From Guillardia theta CCMP2712 (lineage: Eukaryota; Protista; Cryptophyta): DNA of 64,000 bases. The notes below the pieces were generated by a model. It worked only from the letters and a program-made list of their open reading frames with translations, was not told the DNA's origin and searched no databases. The position numbers were made by a program, and so were the translations under genes. Location: NCBI RefSeq assembly GCF_000315625.1, contig NW_005434552.1:112127-176126 (forward strand). Direction: 5' to 3'. This document shows, in pieces, positions 1 to 11,800 of the stretch; the stretch's first letter is position 1; each line of letters opens with the position of its first letter.

Positions 1-316
1 CTCCCCCTCTCCATCTTTCAAGTCAGCCCCGTCGCTGCATGCGCCTCTAAATTGCTGCCCCGCGGTCGAGCACTTTCTCCCTAGTCCAAAGTTGCTGCCT
101 CCCTTTGCGTCTCAGCGCACCACCCTACCCATCCTTTCTCTCCACAGGCGGTTTTCAGGGTACTGAATAGGTTCAAATGTACCCACCCCATTACCTCAAT
201 TATTTTGTTTTAGACGGGGTAGGGTAGACACATACCCCTTGGAAACCAAGGAAAGGGCAGAGGAAAGGGCTCAAAAAGGGGTGGAGGGGTGGAGGCGGGT
301 AACGGTGGTTTGAATC

Positions 317-1311
317 ATGCGTGTGGTGGTAGCGAATGGCGACGAGGTGGGGGAGATCGAAGATCGGATGCAGGCAGCGGCAGAGGACGTCCTCTCCTCC
401 CTTCCTTCCAAGTCCTCCCTCGACAAGAAGATGATCCGCGGAAAGATCGCACAAATCTCTCAGTGCTTCATGCAGAAGGTTGTACAGCGCATCTGAACCA
501 GCTCTCTTCGTTTCCCTCCTGATCGCTCGCATCTCTTTATCATTTGATGATCAAACCTTCATGTTTGATACTATGCTTTGAATAATAATGTTATTCTGTT
601 TCTGTCATGATGACATTTTGTGCTGCATTCCTACAGGTCAAACGCAACACTCGATTGCAAGATGAAGAATGGAGCGACCAGGAGGAACGGGAAAAGAAGA
701 TGGCTAAGAAAGGTTGACAAACTCCTTTCACACGAATGAGAGTGTTTGTAACGTTCTGAGCAGAGGTCCTTGAGCCAGAAGATTTGGTGTTGAAGGCGAG
801 GGTTGAGATGCTGAGGAACAAAATCAAAGAATCTGCGGAAAGAGTCAAGAAGTATCGCACAAGCATTCCGGGCAAGATTTGTGAAGCCACCAAGGAACAG
901 ATTCAGAAATCATCAAAGCTGCTTGAAGAGGCGATAGAGGAGGAGGAACAGAGCAGCAAGGAAAGCGAAGTCGAGCAAGGAAACACATCTGCCTTGAGCA
1001 AGAACAAGGACATCTTTCTGGCTGAAACCACCAACATTGCACTCAAGGTGGAGGCCTTGAGAAAGAAGATCCCCGATCAGATCAGGGAAGGTCGTTCCAC
1101 CGTCCGGGTGTGTCAGGAATGGGCTAGGAAGCCGATCAGCGAGGCTGAAGCTGTGCTGGCCGAAGAACTCAAGGTTTGCTCCCTGACGCTACCTGCTTGT
1201 CGTAATGTCTGTGCAGGAAACACAGATGAACGCGGAGACGAGAAGCAGGCAAGCCAGTGCCATCGCTCAGCTCACAGCGTCTACTCTCACCGTCAGCAGC
1301 CTCCCTCGCTG
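317..1311 (+). CDS. Kinetochore Mis12-complex subunit Nsl1/Mis14-like protein (spliced, ~4 exons)
   Basis: Exons ~317-478, 637-712, 764-1173, 1217-1311 give MRVVVANGDEVG...EVLEPEDLVLKARVEMLRNKIKESAERVKKYRTSIPGKI...LRKKIPDQIREG. This resembles the Mis14/Nsl1 pattern EPxDxxLxxxV...R...P followed by a coiled coil. Confidence 0.5.
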
Positions 1312-1403
1312 ATCTCTATCGAAAACATTGCTTGTAAAATTATCATAATCGCTTTAAATGCCTTCTTGCTTGAAAATTAAAATCGCATAATCGACGAATA
1401 CAT

Positions 1404-3037
1404 TCATGTCTCATCCTCATCCTCCCCCTCCTCCCCCTCGCCCTCTTCCTCATCTTCCGAGGCATCAAGTCCGAGCAACTTAGCAGCCTCTTCTTTGGTC
1501 TTTGAAAAATCATGTCAGCTGACGACGAGACTGGAACACTTACAGTTTCTCTGGGATCCTTATCAGGTTGGACCAGAATTGCCTTTCCTTCTTTTGCTAC
1601 CCCAGCCATCCAAATGAACTGTGAGAGGATAAGAGGCAACCACAGCTGAGGCCATGCCTTGATGGTTATCTCACATCTCCGTTCTTGCACAGGTGTATTT
1701 CCATCCCGGTCCCGTCTTCTTGCTCAACGATGGAGGAGTCTTTGGGTTTCGAAGTCTTTACAAACTTGAGGTCCTCTTGTCAGCTTTGCGAGATCGGGTG
1801 AATATCTTACCTTCATCTCATTCGAAATCACAGCCCCGTCTTCTCCGAAAGAATAAACCGTCCAGTTTCCCATCTCTACTTTTTCAGGCAGTTTCTTTCC
1901 CCCTCCCTACAACAAGCTTAGAAATGTTTTCAAAATCATTTTAGAATATCACCTTTGCCAGCAACTTCTCTAAGTTTGGCAACGTGAACATGAAAGGAAC
2001 CTGCACAAACTATCGGCAACTGTTGACAACTGGTTCAAGCTCCACCAAATCGCCTGCGGGAGTGCAGGACAGCACTGGCCGACTTGGTCGATTTCTGAAT
2101 TGAATCTGACAAGTGGAAAATTGACTGCGGAGGAGTCAGAAACATCGAATACAGTCAGATGTATCAGAAGCTGCAAACTCACACAAGCTCGATGACAACT
2201 CCGCTATGTTCATGGCGCAGATACATGTGCTCGTTCTTGTACTTGTCGGTGCCTCTTGCGCATTTCCACAGGCCACTTGGCCCCTTGCTCAGCTCCATCG
2301 CTATTCCTGACGAGGACGCGGAGAAGGCCTTCTAAGCTGTAGATGAGTCTCTTCATCTTTCATGTGCTATTGCCGTACCTGTGTTTCTTTGTGCCTGTCC
2401 TTCACCGACGTCGCCGTGCATTGCTCGCAAGCGTCCCAGTCGCACACTCGGCACCCAAACATGCTTGTGCCCTTGGGGAACGACTGAGACTCGTGTGCGT
2501 CGCAGAAAAACTCGTCATGGGGCGTGAGGAAGAAAGTAAGAGGATGTCCGTTGGGACAAGCCTTCCATTGTTTCTGAAGGGCATTAGATCACAATCAGGA
2601 CGTAGATCAGATCACAACCAGCACGTAGATCAGATCACAACCAGCACGTAGATCAGATCACAACCAGCACGTAGATGGTCACCTTCTTGCTGCTTTGATC
2701 TCCCTCCTTCTCCTTCTTCCCTCCGCCTCCTCCATCTTCGTCAGATTCAACACATGCACTTTGCCCGACTCACCTTTCACTTCCGCTTGTCGGAAATCCC
2801 ACGGGGACGAGCTGAGAGGCATGGGAGGAAGAGGAGGCACGTCTGCGAGGCTGACGGTCAGCAGATAGGATGGAAGCACACAGGCTCACCCTCCTCCTCC
2901 TCTGCCGCCGCCTCCGACTTTCGTTTCGATTTCTTTTCCTGTATTTGCACGTGCTGAGCTTCATCAAAGCAGTGAGGGAGCGGCGTGCTTGCCTTTTTCA
3001 ATGCTCGTTTCTGCTTCTTGGACAGGCTCTCCTGCAT
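1404..3037 (-). CDS. Hypothetical protein with a Cys/His zinc-finger (C1/ZZ-like) and acidic C-terminus, multi-exon
   Basis: Minus-strand exon ~2405-2570 reads CPNGHPLTFFLTPHDEFFCDAH...FGCRVCDWDACEQC. The last exon ends SEDEEEGEGEEGEDEDET* at 1404. GT-AG introns are visible. Confidence 0.5.
2600..2675. repeat. Intronic tandem repeat, 23-bp unit (cgtagatcagatcacaaccagca) x3
   Basis: Contiguous direct repeats with no spacers. Confidence 0.85.
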
Positions 3038-3224
3038 CGGATCATCAAACACCCTCCCCCTCCTCCTCCTCCTCCTCCTCCTCCTCCTCCTCCTCCCCGC
3101 CTTCTCCTCTTCCCCACCTCGCCTCGCGATGTTCTCTTCATTGCCCGATACAAATTGAGTAAAAGTTGGGGATGTAAAGCAACTGTGAACAACGAGTTGG
3201 ATCGCAGCGAAGGTCGAGTGACGA

Positions 3225-3680
3225 AGATGGTGTAGATGATGATGTAGAAGAGGAGAAAGAGGGTGTAGATGATGATGTAGAAGAGGAGAGATGAGAGATG
3301 AGAGATGAGATAGGCAAAAAGCAGATTGATGATTTAGGATAAGATGAGATGGAAGGTAATGTAGGAGGTAATATAGGAGAGTGTAATATAGATAGGGATA
3401 TTGCAGATCAGGTAGGAGCTGAATCAGAGAATGCAAGGGAAGACATCGTAAGTGATTAAACGATGAGAGAAGCAGATACAAGTGATTATCAAGGCAATGA
3501 GAAGATGACATAGCTGAAGATGAGAATAGCAAATTAGGAAAATGATGATGTAGAGGGCGATACATGAGGTTGAAGATAAGATGATGTAGAAGAAGGATGA
3601 TGATGTAGAAGAAGGATGATGATGTAGAGGACGATACATATGAGATTAGAGATAAGATGATGTAGAAGATCAGTCATAGG
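3225..3680. repeat. Degenerate low-complexity purine-rich tract (gatgatgtaga...)
   Basis: Recurrent gatgatgtagaag units. Confidence 0.7.
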
Positions 3681-3767
3681 ATAGGAGTAGTGACAATCTA
3701 TGTGAAAGAGAACGGAGGAAGGAGACGCCAGAAAAAATCGATTGCACTCATTTATAGTTGATCTTTC

Positions 3768-4485
3768 AGGGCATTCATTCCAGAACATGATTGGTAAATG
3801 GTGGAAGAAAAATGTCATCGATGTGGTAAACACTTCATTGACATTTACTCGTTGATGCTCATGAATGCTTCAAGGTCCATGGAGCTGCGTATTCAGGGAG
3901 GTTTGCGATCCACGACAAGAACACGCTGAGGTTGTCAACGTCTGTTGCCTCCTCAGTCTGACTTGTCTTGCGGACTGTTTGTCTTCTCTTGCTTCTCTTC
4001 CTCTGATTCAACCCGTGACGCTTCTCCTGGTCAGGCTGGTCAAGGGCATGTACTTCAGTGTGACGTTGCTAGCGGGGATATGGCTAATGTCACAAGTGAA
4101 TGAAGGAGGGCAGTGGCACAAGGTTGTCGTTGGATCTCGTTACAGCTTCTGATGCATGTTTGCGACAAGAATGCGAAAGAAGCAGCTCTAGATATGAAGG
4201 AGAGGTATGAGAGGGAGCAGAGGTACGGACAGCCCTCTCTCGCCCTCACCAGCTGACCTCCAACGAGCAGAGCGAAGCAGGACCCGGCATGAATATCTAC
4301 AACCATGAATGTTTCATTTAGAACGAGCATGACAGAGTCATGCAGTTGTATTGAGCCCTGCAGTTCCAAACGTGAGGTTATGGACATGTAATTTCTCATG
4401 TCGGATCAGATCTGTTATCTATCAAAAGGTATACAAGTGACTGGTTATGGAGAAGCCCATGTCTGGCTGCACCTATGATAGGGTG
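3768..4485 (+). CDS. Hypothetical multi-exon small protein
   Basis: Short open exons separated by ~50-nt GT-AG introns (MIGKWWKKNVIDV / VHGAAYSGRFAIHDKNTLR / LVKGMYFSVTLLAGIWL...). No family recognised. Confidence 0.3.
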
Positions 4486-5210
4486 ATAGGAGAAGCTGCA
4501 TTTAATACCTGAGTGAACGACAACAATAAACTCCAAACATATTTATCAAATAAAAAGATGAGAGTCAGGCGACAAAGGAATTGTCATGATGGCAAGAAAA
4601 CAATTTTCTTACAATATGATTCAGAAAGGAAGCACTGTTCTCCATTGTTTTCATCCCATCTCTTCAACTCTCAGATTGCTTCTATTCTGCTCTACTGAGT
4701 CATAACTGATTCCCCTCCTCCTCCTCCTCCTCCCTCCTTCCTTCTCTTCCCTGCCAGACTCTTTTTGCTAATTTAGTTAGGCCCGCCAATAATCCTAACG
4801 CCTCAGAGTAGCCCTATCCCCTTTGCTCTTTCCCTTCTCCTCTTCCGCCCTCCCTCCGCCTCTTCCTCCCTCCCTCCCTCCCTTCTCCTCTTCCGCCCTC
4901 CCTCCCTCCCTTCTCCTCTTCCTCCCTCCCTCCCTCCCTTCTCCTCTTCCTCCCTCCCTCCCTCCTTCCCTCCCCCTCGTGTTTCCTTCCTCCCTTTCCT
5001 GCTTTTTGCTTGTTCTTATCCTTGTAGCTCAGACATCTCTTCATCATTCAGCAAAGATACAGCGATTTGCAGCGCTCACTGCCTCTCTTTTAGTCCACGT
5101 ACTTGCTAGCTCTCCTATTACTTGTTCCCTGATCTCCTATCGCTCTTCTCCTCTTCGCTTTTGCTGTTGAGAGGTTCAAGCTCTTGCTTCTCTTCATCCT
5201 TCACCCTCCC

Positions 5211-6291
5211 ATGTCTTCTTCGCGTCCTGTCTCGGCCAAGCGGGTGGGACATCCGCTGCCCGAAGAGATAGTCGTCAGCAATCATCTCCAGCCTAGAAAT
5301 GCCCGGGAAGCAGAGACAAGGGCTCGCTTTCGGTTTCAAGAGGTATAGACCATGTGCCTGCTTCGCTTCTGAGCTCTTCTCTTCCCGCTGACAGGCTGTG
5401 GGGGCTTCGCTTGCGGCTCTCGTGCTGATGGGGATCGGCATCGGTCTGTTTGCTGTCTGGGCTAACACCTACCTCGCGCCCTTGGGAACCTACTACGAGG
5501 CTGCTTGCCTTGTGCTGAACTCCACACAAGTTGTCATCACTGACGGCTACATGCGCGAGCCGCTGTACCGAGCTGAGGTCTTGCTCAGCAACAAGGTCTT
5601 GTGCTACTTGCTCAGACAGTGTCAGGTGTACGTCTACGTCTTCAACACAAGCGAGACCTCCTGCTGCTGTCCCAACGTCTTTGGAAAGCAGCGCTGTGGA
5701 GAGTGGGAAGCAATCGCGTACGACAACATCGACGAGAGGTCGCTGCCGCTTTGGTCTGAGCGTATGATGAAACATGTTGTGCTGCAGCTACACGTCTGGA
5801 AGCAAAGCGTCTTTCTTGCGAGATTACGGTCACCCCGACACCTATCACAAGTGCTGGCATTCCCCAGGCATCGATAGTCATAAAGTCAGGCAGACGAGAA
5901 CTGAGTTGTGAGCTTGCAGACAAGAATAAGGTTGTGCTCATGAGGAGCTCAAGATCCATGTTCCTCATGCCAAGTTTGATCTCTTTTATCTTCGGGTGCT
6001 TGAATGATTTAAATCAGTGTGCATGGTAACTCCATGTCAGGTTGTACTTTGCGCAATCTTCGATTCGCAAATTCAGTGCTTACAGAACATCAGTGTACTA
6101 CGTCGACAAGTTCAAAGGGAGGCTGAAGGATGAGAACGTGAACTTTCTGATCGGAATGTTACATCGCTGATGTGTGCATGCAGAAAATTGAAGAAAAGGT
6201 CCCGCTTCAGAAAAAAACGTTGACACAAGAATTTCAGGAGGAAGAGGAAGAGGAAGAGGAAGAGGAAGAGGAAGAGGAAGAGGTCGGGTAA
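5211..6291 (+). CDS. Hypothetical membrane protein, Cys-rich extracellular loop, acidic tail
   Basis: Hydrophobic segment GASLAALVLMGIGIGLFAVWA, a Cys-rich region (SCCCP), and a last exon ending QEFQEEEEEEEEEEEEEEVG*. Confidence 0.5.
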
Positions 6292-6369
6292 GGCGTGATG
6301 TATAGGATAAAGAGATCTAAGTAACATCTTTACTTGACTTGTGCTCGAACAAAATCCTTCACCATTTCA

Positions 6370-7345
6370 GCTTCATAATGGATCCAGCTGTCGGCTATCG
6401 GCAAGCTCGAGCAGCGATCTTGTTCCTGTGCTGAAGATGTACGAAGGAAGTCCGTTCTTCCCTTCGATGATGGTCAAGGCGAACAATCTAGATACCTTCA
6501 AGAACAGCCAATGGATCTTTGGGAGCTATGAGAGGCAAACACGTGGAATGATTCTCTCGATCAAACCGTCGGAAGTGTTGGTAGTCTGGATCACAGATTT
6601 GCAAGGAGCTTCCACCCAGCTACCGCGCCTGAGCTGCCCTCCTGACAAGCTGCAAGTCCTCAATCACTTTGGAAACACGTGTTGGAGGCTGAGAGATCGC
6701 AGAATCTTACCCCCGGGATGAACAGGGACCCCACGAGTTCTATCCTGGAGATCTCCTGTGTGAGAAAGACAACTCGACTCCGGTGAATCGTGCCAACCTT
6801 TATGTGGTCATATCTGCCGACGAACGATCCCGGATGATGCTCGTTCGGAAGGTGATGGGATGCTTTTGACTTTTGAGCTGTCTGTTTGAGATGGCGTGTT
6901 GATCTCTTACGATTTGTTCCAACAGCCCTCACATGCGCGTTGTCAGGTGTTGGAGGAAGGGCAGGTTGCCGAGCAGCTCGATGCCAACAAGAACGACTAT
7001 GAAGTGATGAGTGCGTTTGATCTTCAGGTTCTGAATCCTAATCCTAATCCCTACCCCTCCCTCTCCCTCTGCTTCCCCCTCTCCCTCTCCCTCTCCCTCT
7101 CCCCCCTTCAACCAACGGTTTTTAGCTGACCTGCATGCTAGGCACATCAAGGTTTCAGCTTCCGCATGGGAGACATTGTTGTCAGGCTGGAAACAGGCGC
7201 AAGCTCTGACGCAACCAAACCCTCAGTCAAACAGGACGAGGACGGAACGAGGGAGATGGACGGAAGAGAGGAGGAGGGACGCCCTTTGGCAGGCAGCCTA
7301 GAGGGGAAAGAAAAGGATGCAGCTGTTCTAACTTCATCTTTGTAA
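6370..7345 (+). pseudogene. Fragment of a UBE2O/UBC23-type E2-E3 hybrid enzyme (middle region only)
   Basis: GSSCRL...PFFPSMMVKA...FKNSQWIFGS...LVVWI...HFGNTCWRL, then in another frame HEFYPGDLLCEK...VVISADERSRMMLVR, EVMSAFDLQ|AHQGFSFRMGDIVVRL. These match UBE2O/UBC23 motifs. The frame breaks at ~6720 and a stop at ~7345 precedes any UBC catalytic domain. Confidence 0.6.
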
Positions 7346-7516
7346 ATCAAAATCAGGACTTCCATGCGCATGACTTTACAGATGATTCGCTGGCAGATAG
7401 TGTCTGTTTTGCTTCATAAAAACAATAAATGTATCCTTCTTACATCAGCGCGCTCTTAAAGATGTTTGTATTCTACATGATGTATTGCCTTCTCACTGCT
7501 CCGACATGTTCCTTTC

Positions 7517-8878
7517 TCACTCTGTTACAGCTCCTTTCTGCAAGAACAATTTCTTCGCATCGTTTGACATGATTGCCCCACCGATTCGAGCTCCGATACA
7601 GTTGAGAATCGGGTCACTTCCACTGTATTTCTTGACGAGATAGAGTTGGTTATCTTCGAACAGTGCGAAGATCTTAATGCAGATGTCCGCACCAGTTACA
7701 GCAAGAACCTTTCCGTTCCACCCCCAACTCATGCATTTGATTTCAACACACTCCATGTGTAATTCTATGGTCTGAACGTGCTGTTTGACTCGGGTCTTCC
7801 AGGTTTCTATGATCGCTTCTTGCGAGCCAACTGCTATCATCTTTCCGTCCGGCCTGCAGCTGATGACCGAGATGGTGATGTCTGAGACGTTCTTGATCTC
7901 ATTGATACATTGCTCTGTAGCAACATTCCAAATCCGAATCTCTTCTTTGGTGGCAGAAGCAAGTATCTTTCCATCCTGTGCCCAGCTCAAGAAATCAGCT
8001 TCACAATCACTTCTCAGCTCGTGGCTGCAGATGTTCAGCTCGACGTCCCAGATCTGGATCACAGTATCATCCAGCAAGGAAACAGCAAGCGATCTTCTGT
8101 CGGGGCTCCAGCAAACGCAGCAAACATTGCGAACAAGCATTTTGGAGGGACCCTTCTGAAGACCGGATCGCACGTCCCATGCTTGAATCATGCCTTCGCC
8201 AGATACTGAGATTATCTTGCTTTGATCGATGCCCCAACTTGTTGCTGCGTCAGAGTCCCAAAAAGAATTCCTGCACTTCAAGCAAATATCGTCTTCTGCA
8301 ACATCCCAAAATTCAACATTGTCGTCATCTGACGCGATCGCAATTCTATCTCCACCTGGAGCCCAGCTCAAGCATGATGTGTTCGGCGTATTGTGGTACA
8401 ATGTTTTCAACCATCCTGTTGTGTTCCAGATTCTGAGTGTTTGATCTACATGTGCGGAGGCGAACTCCTCCCCAGCAGTCTTCCAGCTCAAGCATAAGAC
8501 TTTAGGAAGATCAGGCTCATGCAGACAGCAATGAATGTCAGCTGATCCAACCTCCCAAACCCGAAGAGCCTCGTCGTCCCAACCCGACGCGATGTAGTCT
8601 CCGTTGTGACACCAGCTCAAGCATGTTCCATTTCCTGCGGTCAGCTTTTGTGATCTGTCTCCATTGACGTGATTCCACACACGAATGGTGTTGTCATAGG
8701 CGGTCAAGGCGAGGCTTTTTCCATCTGAACTCCAGCTTAGAACCATGACTTCATCTTCACTGGGAGTGAGTGTGTTTGCAACAGTAGAATTATCTGCATT
8801 CCATATCTTAATTATTCCTTGCTTGTCGCCAACAGCAAGCAGCAATCCTACAGGATTCCAGCTTAAGCACGTTATCAT
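7517..8878 (-). CDS. C-terminal WD40 repeats of the same STAND gene, offset by a 1-nt frameshift
   Basis: 453-aa ORF of WD40 repeats starting mid-repeat (MITCLSWNP) and overlapping the upstream stop (ATGA). It ends LNCIGARIGGAIMSNDAKKLFLQKGAV, like the C-termini of NACHT-pentapeptide-WD40 proteins. Confidence 0.85.
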   Translation of the reverse strand: MITCLSWNPVGLLLAVGDKQGIIKIWNADNSTVANTLTPSEDEVMVLSWSSDGKSLALTAYDNTIRVWNHVNGDRSQKLTAGNGTCLSWCHNGDYIASGWDDEALRVWEVGSADIHCCLHEPDLPKVLCLSWKTAGEEFASAHVDQTLRIWNTTGWLKTLYHNTPNTSCLSWAPGGDRIAIASDDDNVEFWDVAEDDICLKCRNSFWDSDAATSWGIDQSKIISVSGEGMIQAWDVRSGLQKGPSKMLVRNVCCVCWSPDRRSLAVSLLDDTVIQIWDVELNICSHELRSDCEADFLSWAQDGKILASATKEEIRIWNVATEQCINEIKNVSDITISVISCRPDGKMIAVGSQEAIIETWKTRVKQHVQTIELHMECVEIKCMSWGWNGKVLAVTGADICIKIFALFEDNQLYLVKKYSGSDPILNCIGARIGGAIMSNDAKKLFLQKGAVTE

Positions 8879-11800
8879 TCTTTTTCATCGTTATGTAACC
8901 TCCGAGTACAATCACCCGACTCCACATCCCACAAGCTGACGACTCCATCAGACGATCCAGCTGCTAGCATCTTCTTGGAGGGATCAAGTTTCATGCAAGA
9001 TACAACCTGCAGTCTTGATCGAAAAGCATGTAAGCACACTTCTCTGTCAACCTCCCAAACTCGAACATCTCCTAGAGGTGAGCTCGAGGCCAGCATCTTC
9101 CCTCCTGGTCCCCAGCTCATGCTCGTCACCTCCCCAGCATGCTCCTCAAGCGAGCGGATGCATCTCTCCGACTCCACGTCCCACACCTCTATCAGCCCGT
9201 CCTCCCATCCCGTCGCCAGCGCCTTCCCGTCGGGCCTCCAGCACATGATGGAGACTTGAAGGTCGCGGGTTTGGAGGGAGTGGGAGCAGGAAGCTTGAGG
9301 GAGGTCCCAGATGTCGATGGAGGTACGAGGGGAAGGGCATGCAAGTCTCGTGCCATCAGGAGCTAAAACAGCCTCCGACTCATTGCATTCCAACTCTGGA
9401 AGAGTCTTTTCGTTGATAACATCCCAGATCCTTGTAATAGAATCAGAATCAGATATGATCCATCTTTCATCTCCTGAAATCTGAATGTACTTGATCGGAT
9501 CTTCGTGTCCTTGCAATGTGTAAACACATTGGCCTGACTCCAGGTCCCAAACTTGTATCACGCCGTTCCGTGATCCTGATACAAGAGTCTTTCCTTCGTA
9601 ACCATCAAAGCGTAAGAAAGTCACTCGCTCTGCAGTCTGCTGCAATGTCTTCAGGCAGATTCCAGACTCAACATCCCATATTCGGATAGTATGATCATTA
9701 GATCCCGAAGCTAACGTCTTACTCTCCGATCGAAAAGTTAAAAATGTGACATCTGCTGTATGACCTTTCAACATTCGAACACAGCGTTCTGTTTCAATGT
9801 CCAATAAACGAATGTGCCTCCCATTCCACACACTGGCAATCAGGATCATGTCTGAACACAGAAGAAACACTTCTGCCGCTTTTTTCACTTCACTATGTGC
9901 TTGTAGACTGGAGTTTGCATGTAAATCCCATACATCTACTATCGCACCTTCTTCCCACACTTGCGCGACTCTCCTGCCGTCTGGGCTCCATATCAACTGT
10001 TCTTTTTCCTCTATTTCCTTTCGCAAAGTGCATTCGACCTTGTTCGCTTCAAAGTTCCAGATTCGAAAATGATTTTCATCTGAGCTCAGAGAAATCATCT
10101 TCTCGTCAGAGCTCCATTCGATACCCGACACAGTTTCAGGAAGTCTCTCAAGCTTTTGTTCACAGTTTCCTGTCGTTGAGTCCCAAATCAGCATTTGTTT
10201 ATCATCTGATGTTGAAACACATTTGTGCTCGTCTGGATTCCAAGTCACACCTCTTATGGCTGAATGGTGCCCCGGATGAGTCAGAAGACAAACATCTGTT
10301 TCTGTGCTCCAAATTTGAATCATGCGATTCGCTGTGGCAGCCGCAAGAAGTTTGCCATCACTTGCAAAGTTCAATGCCTGTACTTCAGTCAAACTACCTC
10401 TGTCATTTCCACTCAGCCATCCATCATCATTCAAACTCCAAATCCTGATAGGACTATCAGCTGAGCTCGAGGCCAGCATCTTCCCTCCTGGTCCCCAGCT
10501 CATGCTCGTCACCTCCCCAGCATGCTCCTCAAGCGAGCGGATGCATCTCTCCGACTCCACGTCCCACACCTCTATCAGCCCGTCCTCCCATCCCGTCGCC
10601 AGCGCCTTCCCGTCGGGCCTCCAGCACATGATGGAGACATGAAGGTCGCGGGTTTGGAGGGAGTGGGAGCAGGAAGCTTGAGGGAGGTCCCAGATGTCGA
10701 TGGAGGTACGAGGGGAAGGGCATGCAAGTCTCGTGCCATCAGGAGAAATGGCTACAACGTCTACATCTGTGACTTCATGGATTGTAAGCATCACTCGTTC
10801 AGATTCGATCTCCCAAATCTCAATTCCTTTTGCCTCATTGTCTTCAGATAACAGTGTGATCAGAGTTGCTCCCTTGGGCCCAAAAAGAATCACAGACGAT
10901 CCATCTTTGAATAGTTGTACTTGGCTGATGCAATGTCCGGTCTCTATGCTCCATTTCCTGATCTTCCCATCAGTTTCAGCAGTATGAAGTAACTCATCTT
11001 CTGAATCGTAATGTAAATATGGTAATTCATCGAAGGGAAACCTTTCTTTTAGCTGCCCTGACTCCGCATCCAAAACCAAAACAAATCCACTAGACACACC
11101 GACGATAATGAACTTACCGTCATCAGTGTAGAGGAGAGCCTCGATTTTTTTTTCAGTTGGAATCGGCTCTTGTATAATGTTGAGTAGCGCAGAAAGCAGA
11201 TTCGAATCTTCTTCTCGCTGCCTTCCTTGTACTGCTCCTTCGTCCTTACTGTTCACACCGTCCTCCTCGTCGTCCTCCTCGTCGTCCTCCTCGTGGTCCT
11301 CCTCGTGGTCCTCCTCGTGGTCCTCCTCGTGGTCCTCCTCGTGGTCCTCCTCGTGGTCCTCCTCGTGGTCCTCCTCGTCGTCCTCCTCGTCGTCCTCCTC
11401 GTCCTCCTCGTCCACTTCTTGTGCTCTGTTGTGGATAAAGGAAAGCAGACTGGATAGGTTCCTCTGACTTTCTTGTACAGCTCCATCTTCTCGGTAGTCC
11501 TCCTCATGCAGTTCGTCCGATTCTTGTAGATCATCAAGCGTACGTGTATACAGGCATGCCTCAGTCTCTACGTCCCAAAGTTGGATGCTAGATAAGGATG
11601 CAGCAACAAAGGTCCTCCCATCAGGCCCATGCATCACTCTTTGAATGTCTCCGACCAGCTGAGGTTCGAGTTTGCGCCAAGTCTGTATCGGCTGATCGTC
11701 TTGTATTTCAAAGGTACATTTCCATATTTCACCACAGGAGGTTGCAACGCAGAGATTGCTTCCGTCCGGCGAAAAGCTTATCCCTTCGCTGTCTTCCGCA

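Noticed and set aside
2600-2675. 23-bp repeats resembling a mini-CRISPR
   Set aside because: The units are contiguous with no unique spacers, lie in an intron, and have no cas genes nearby.
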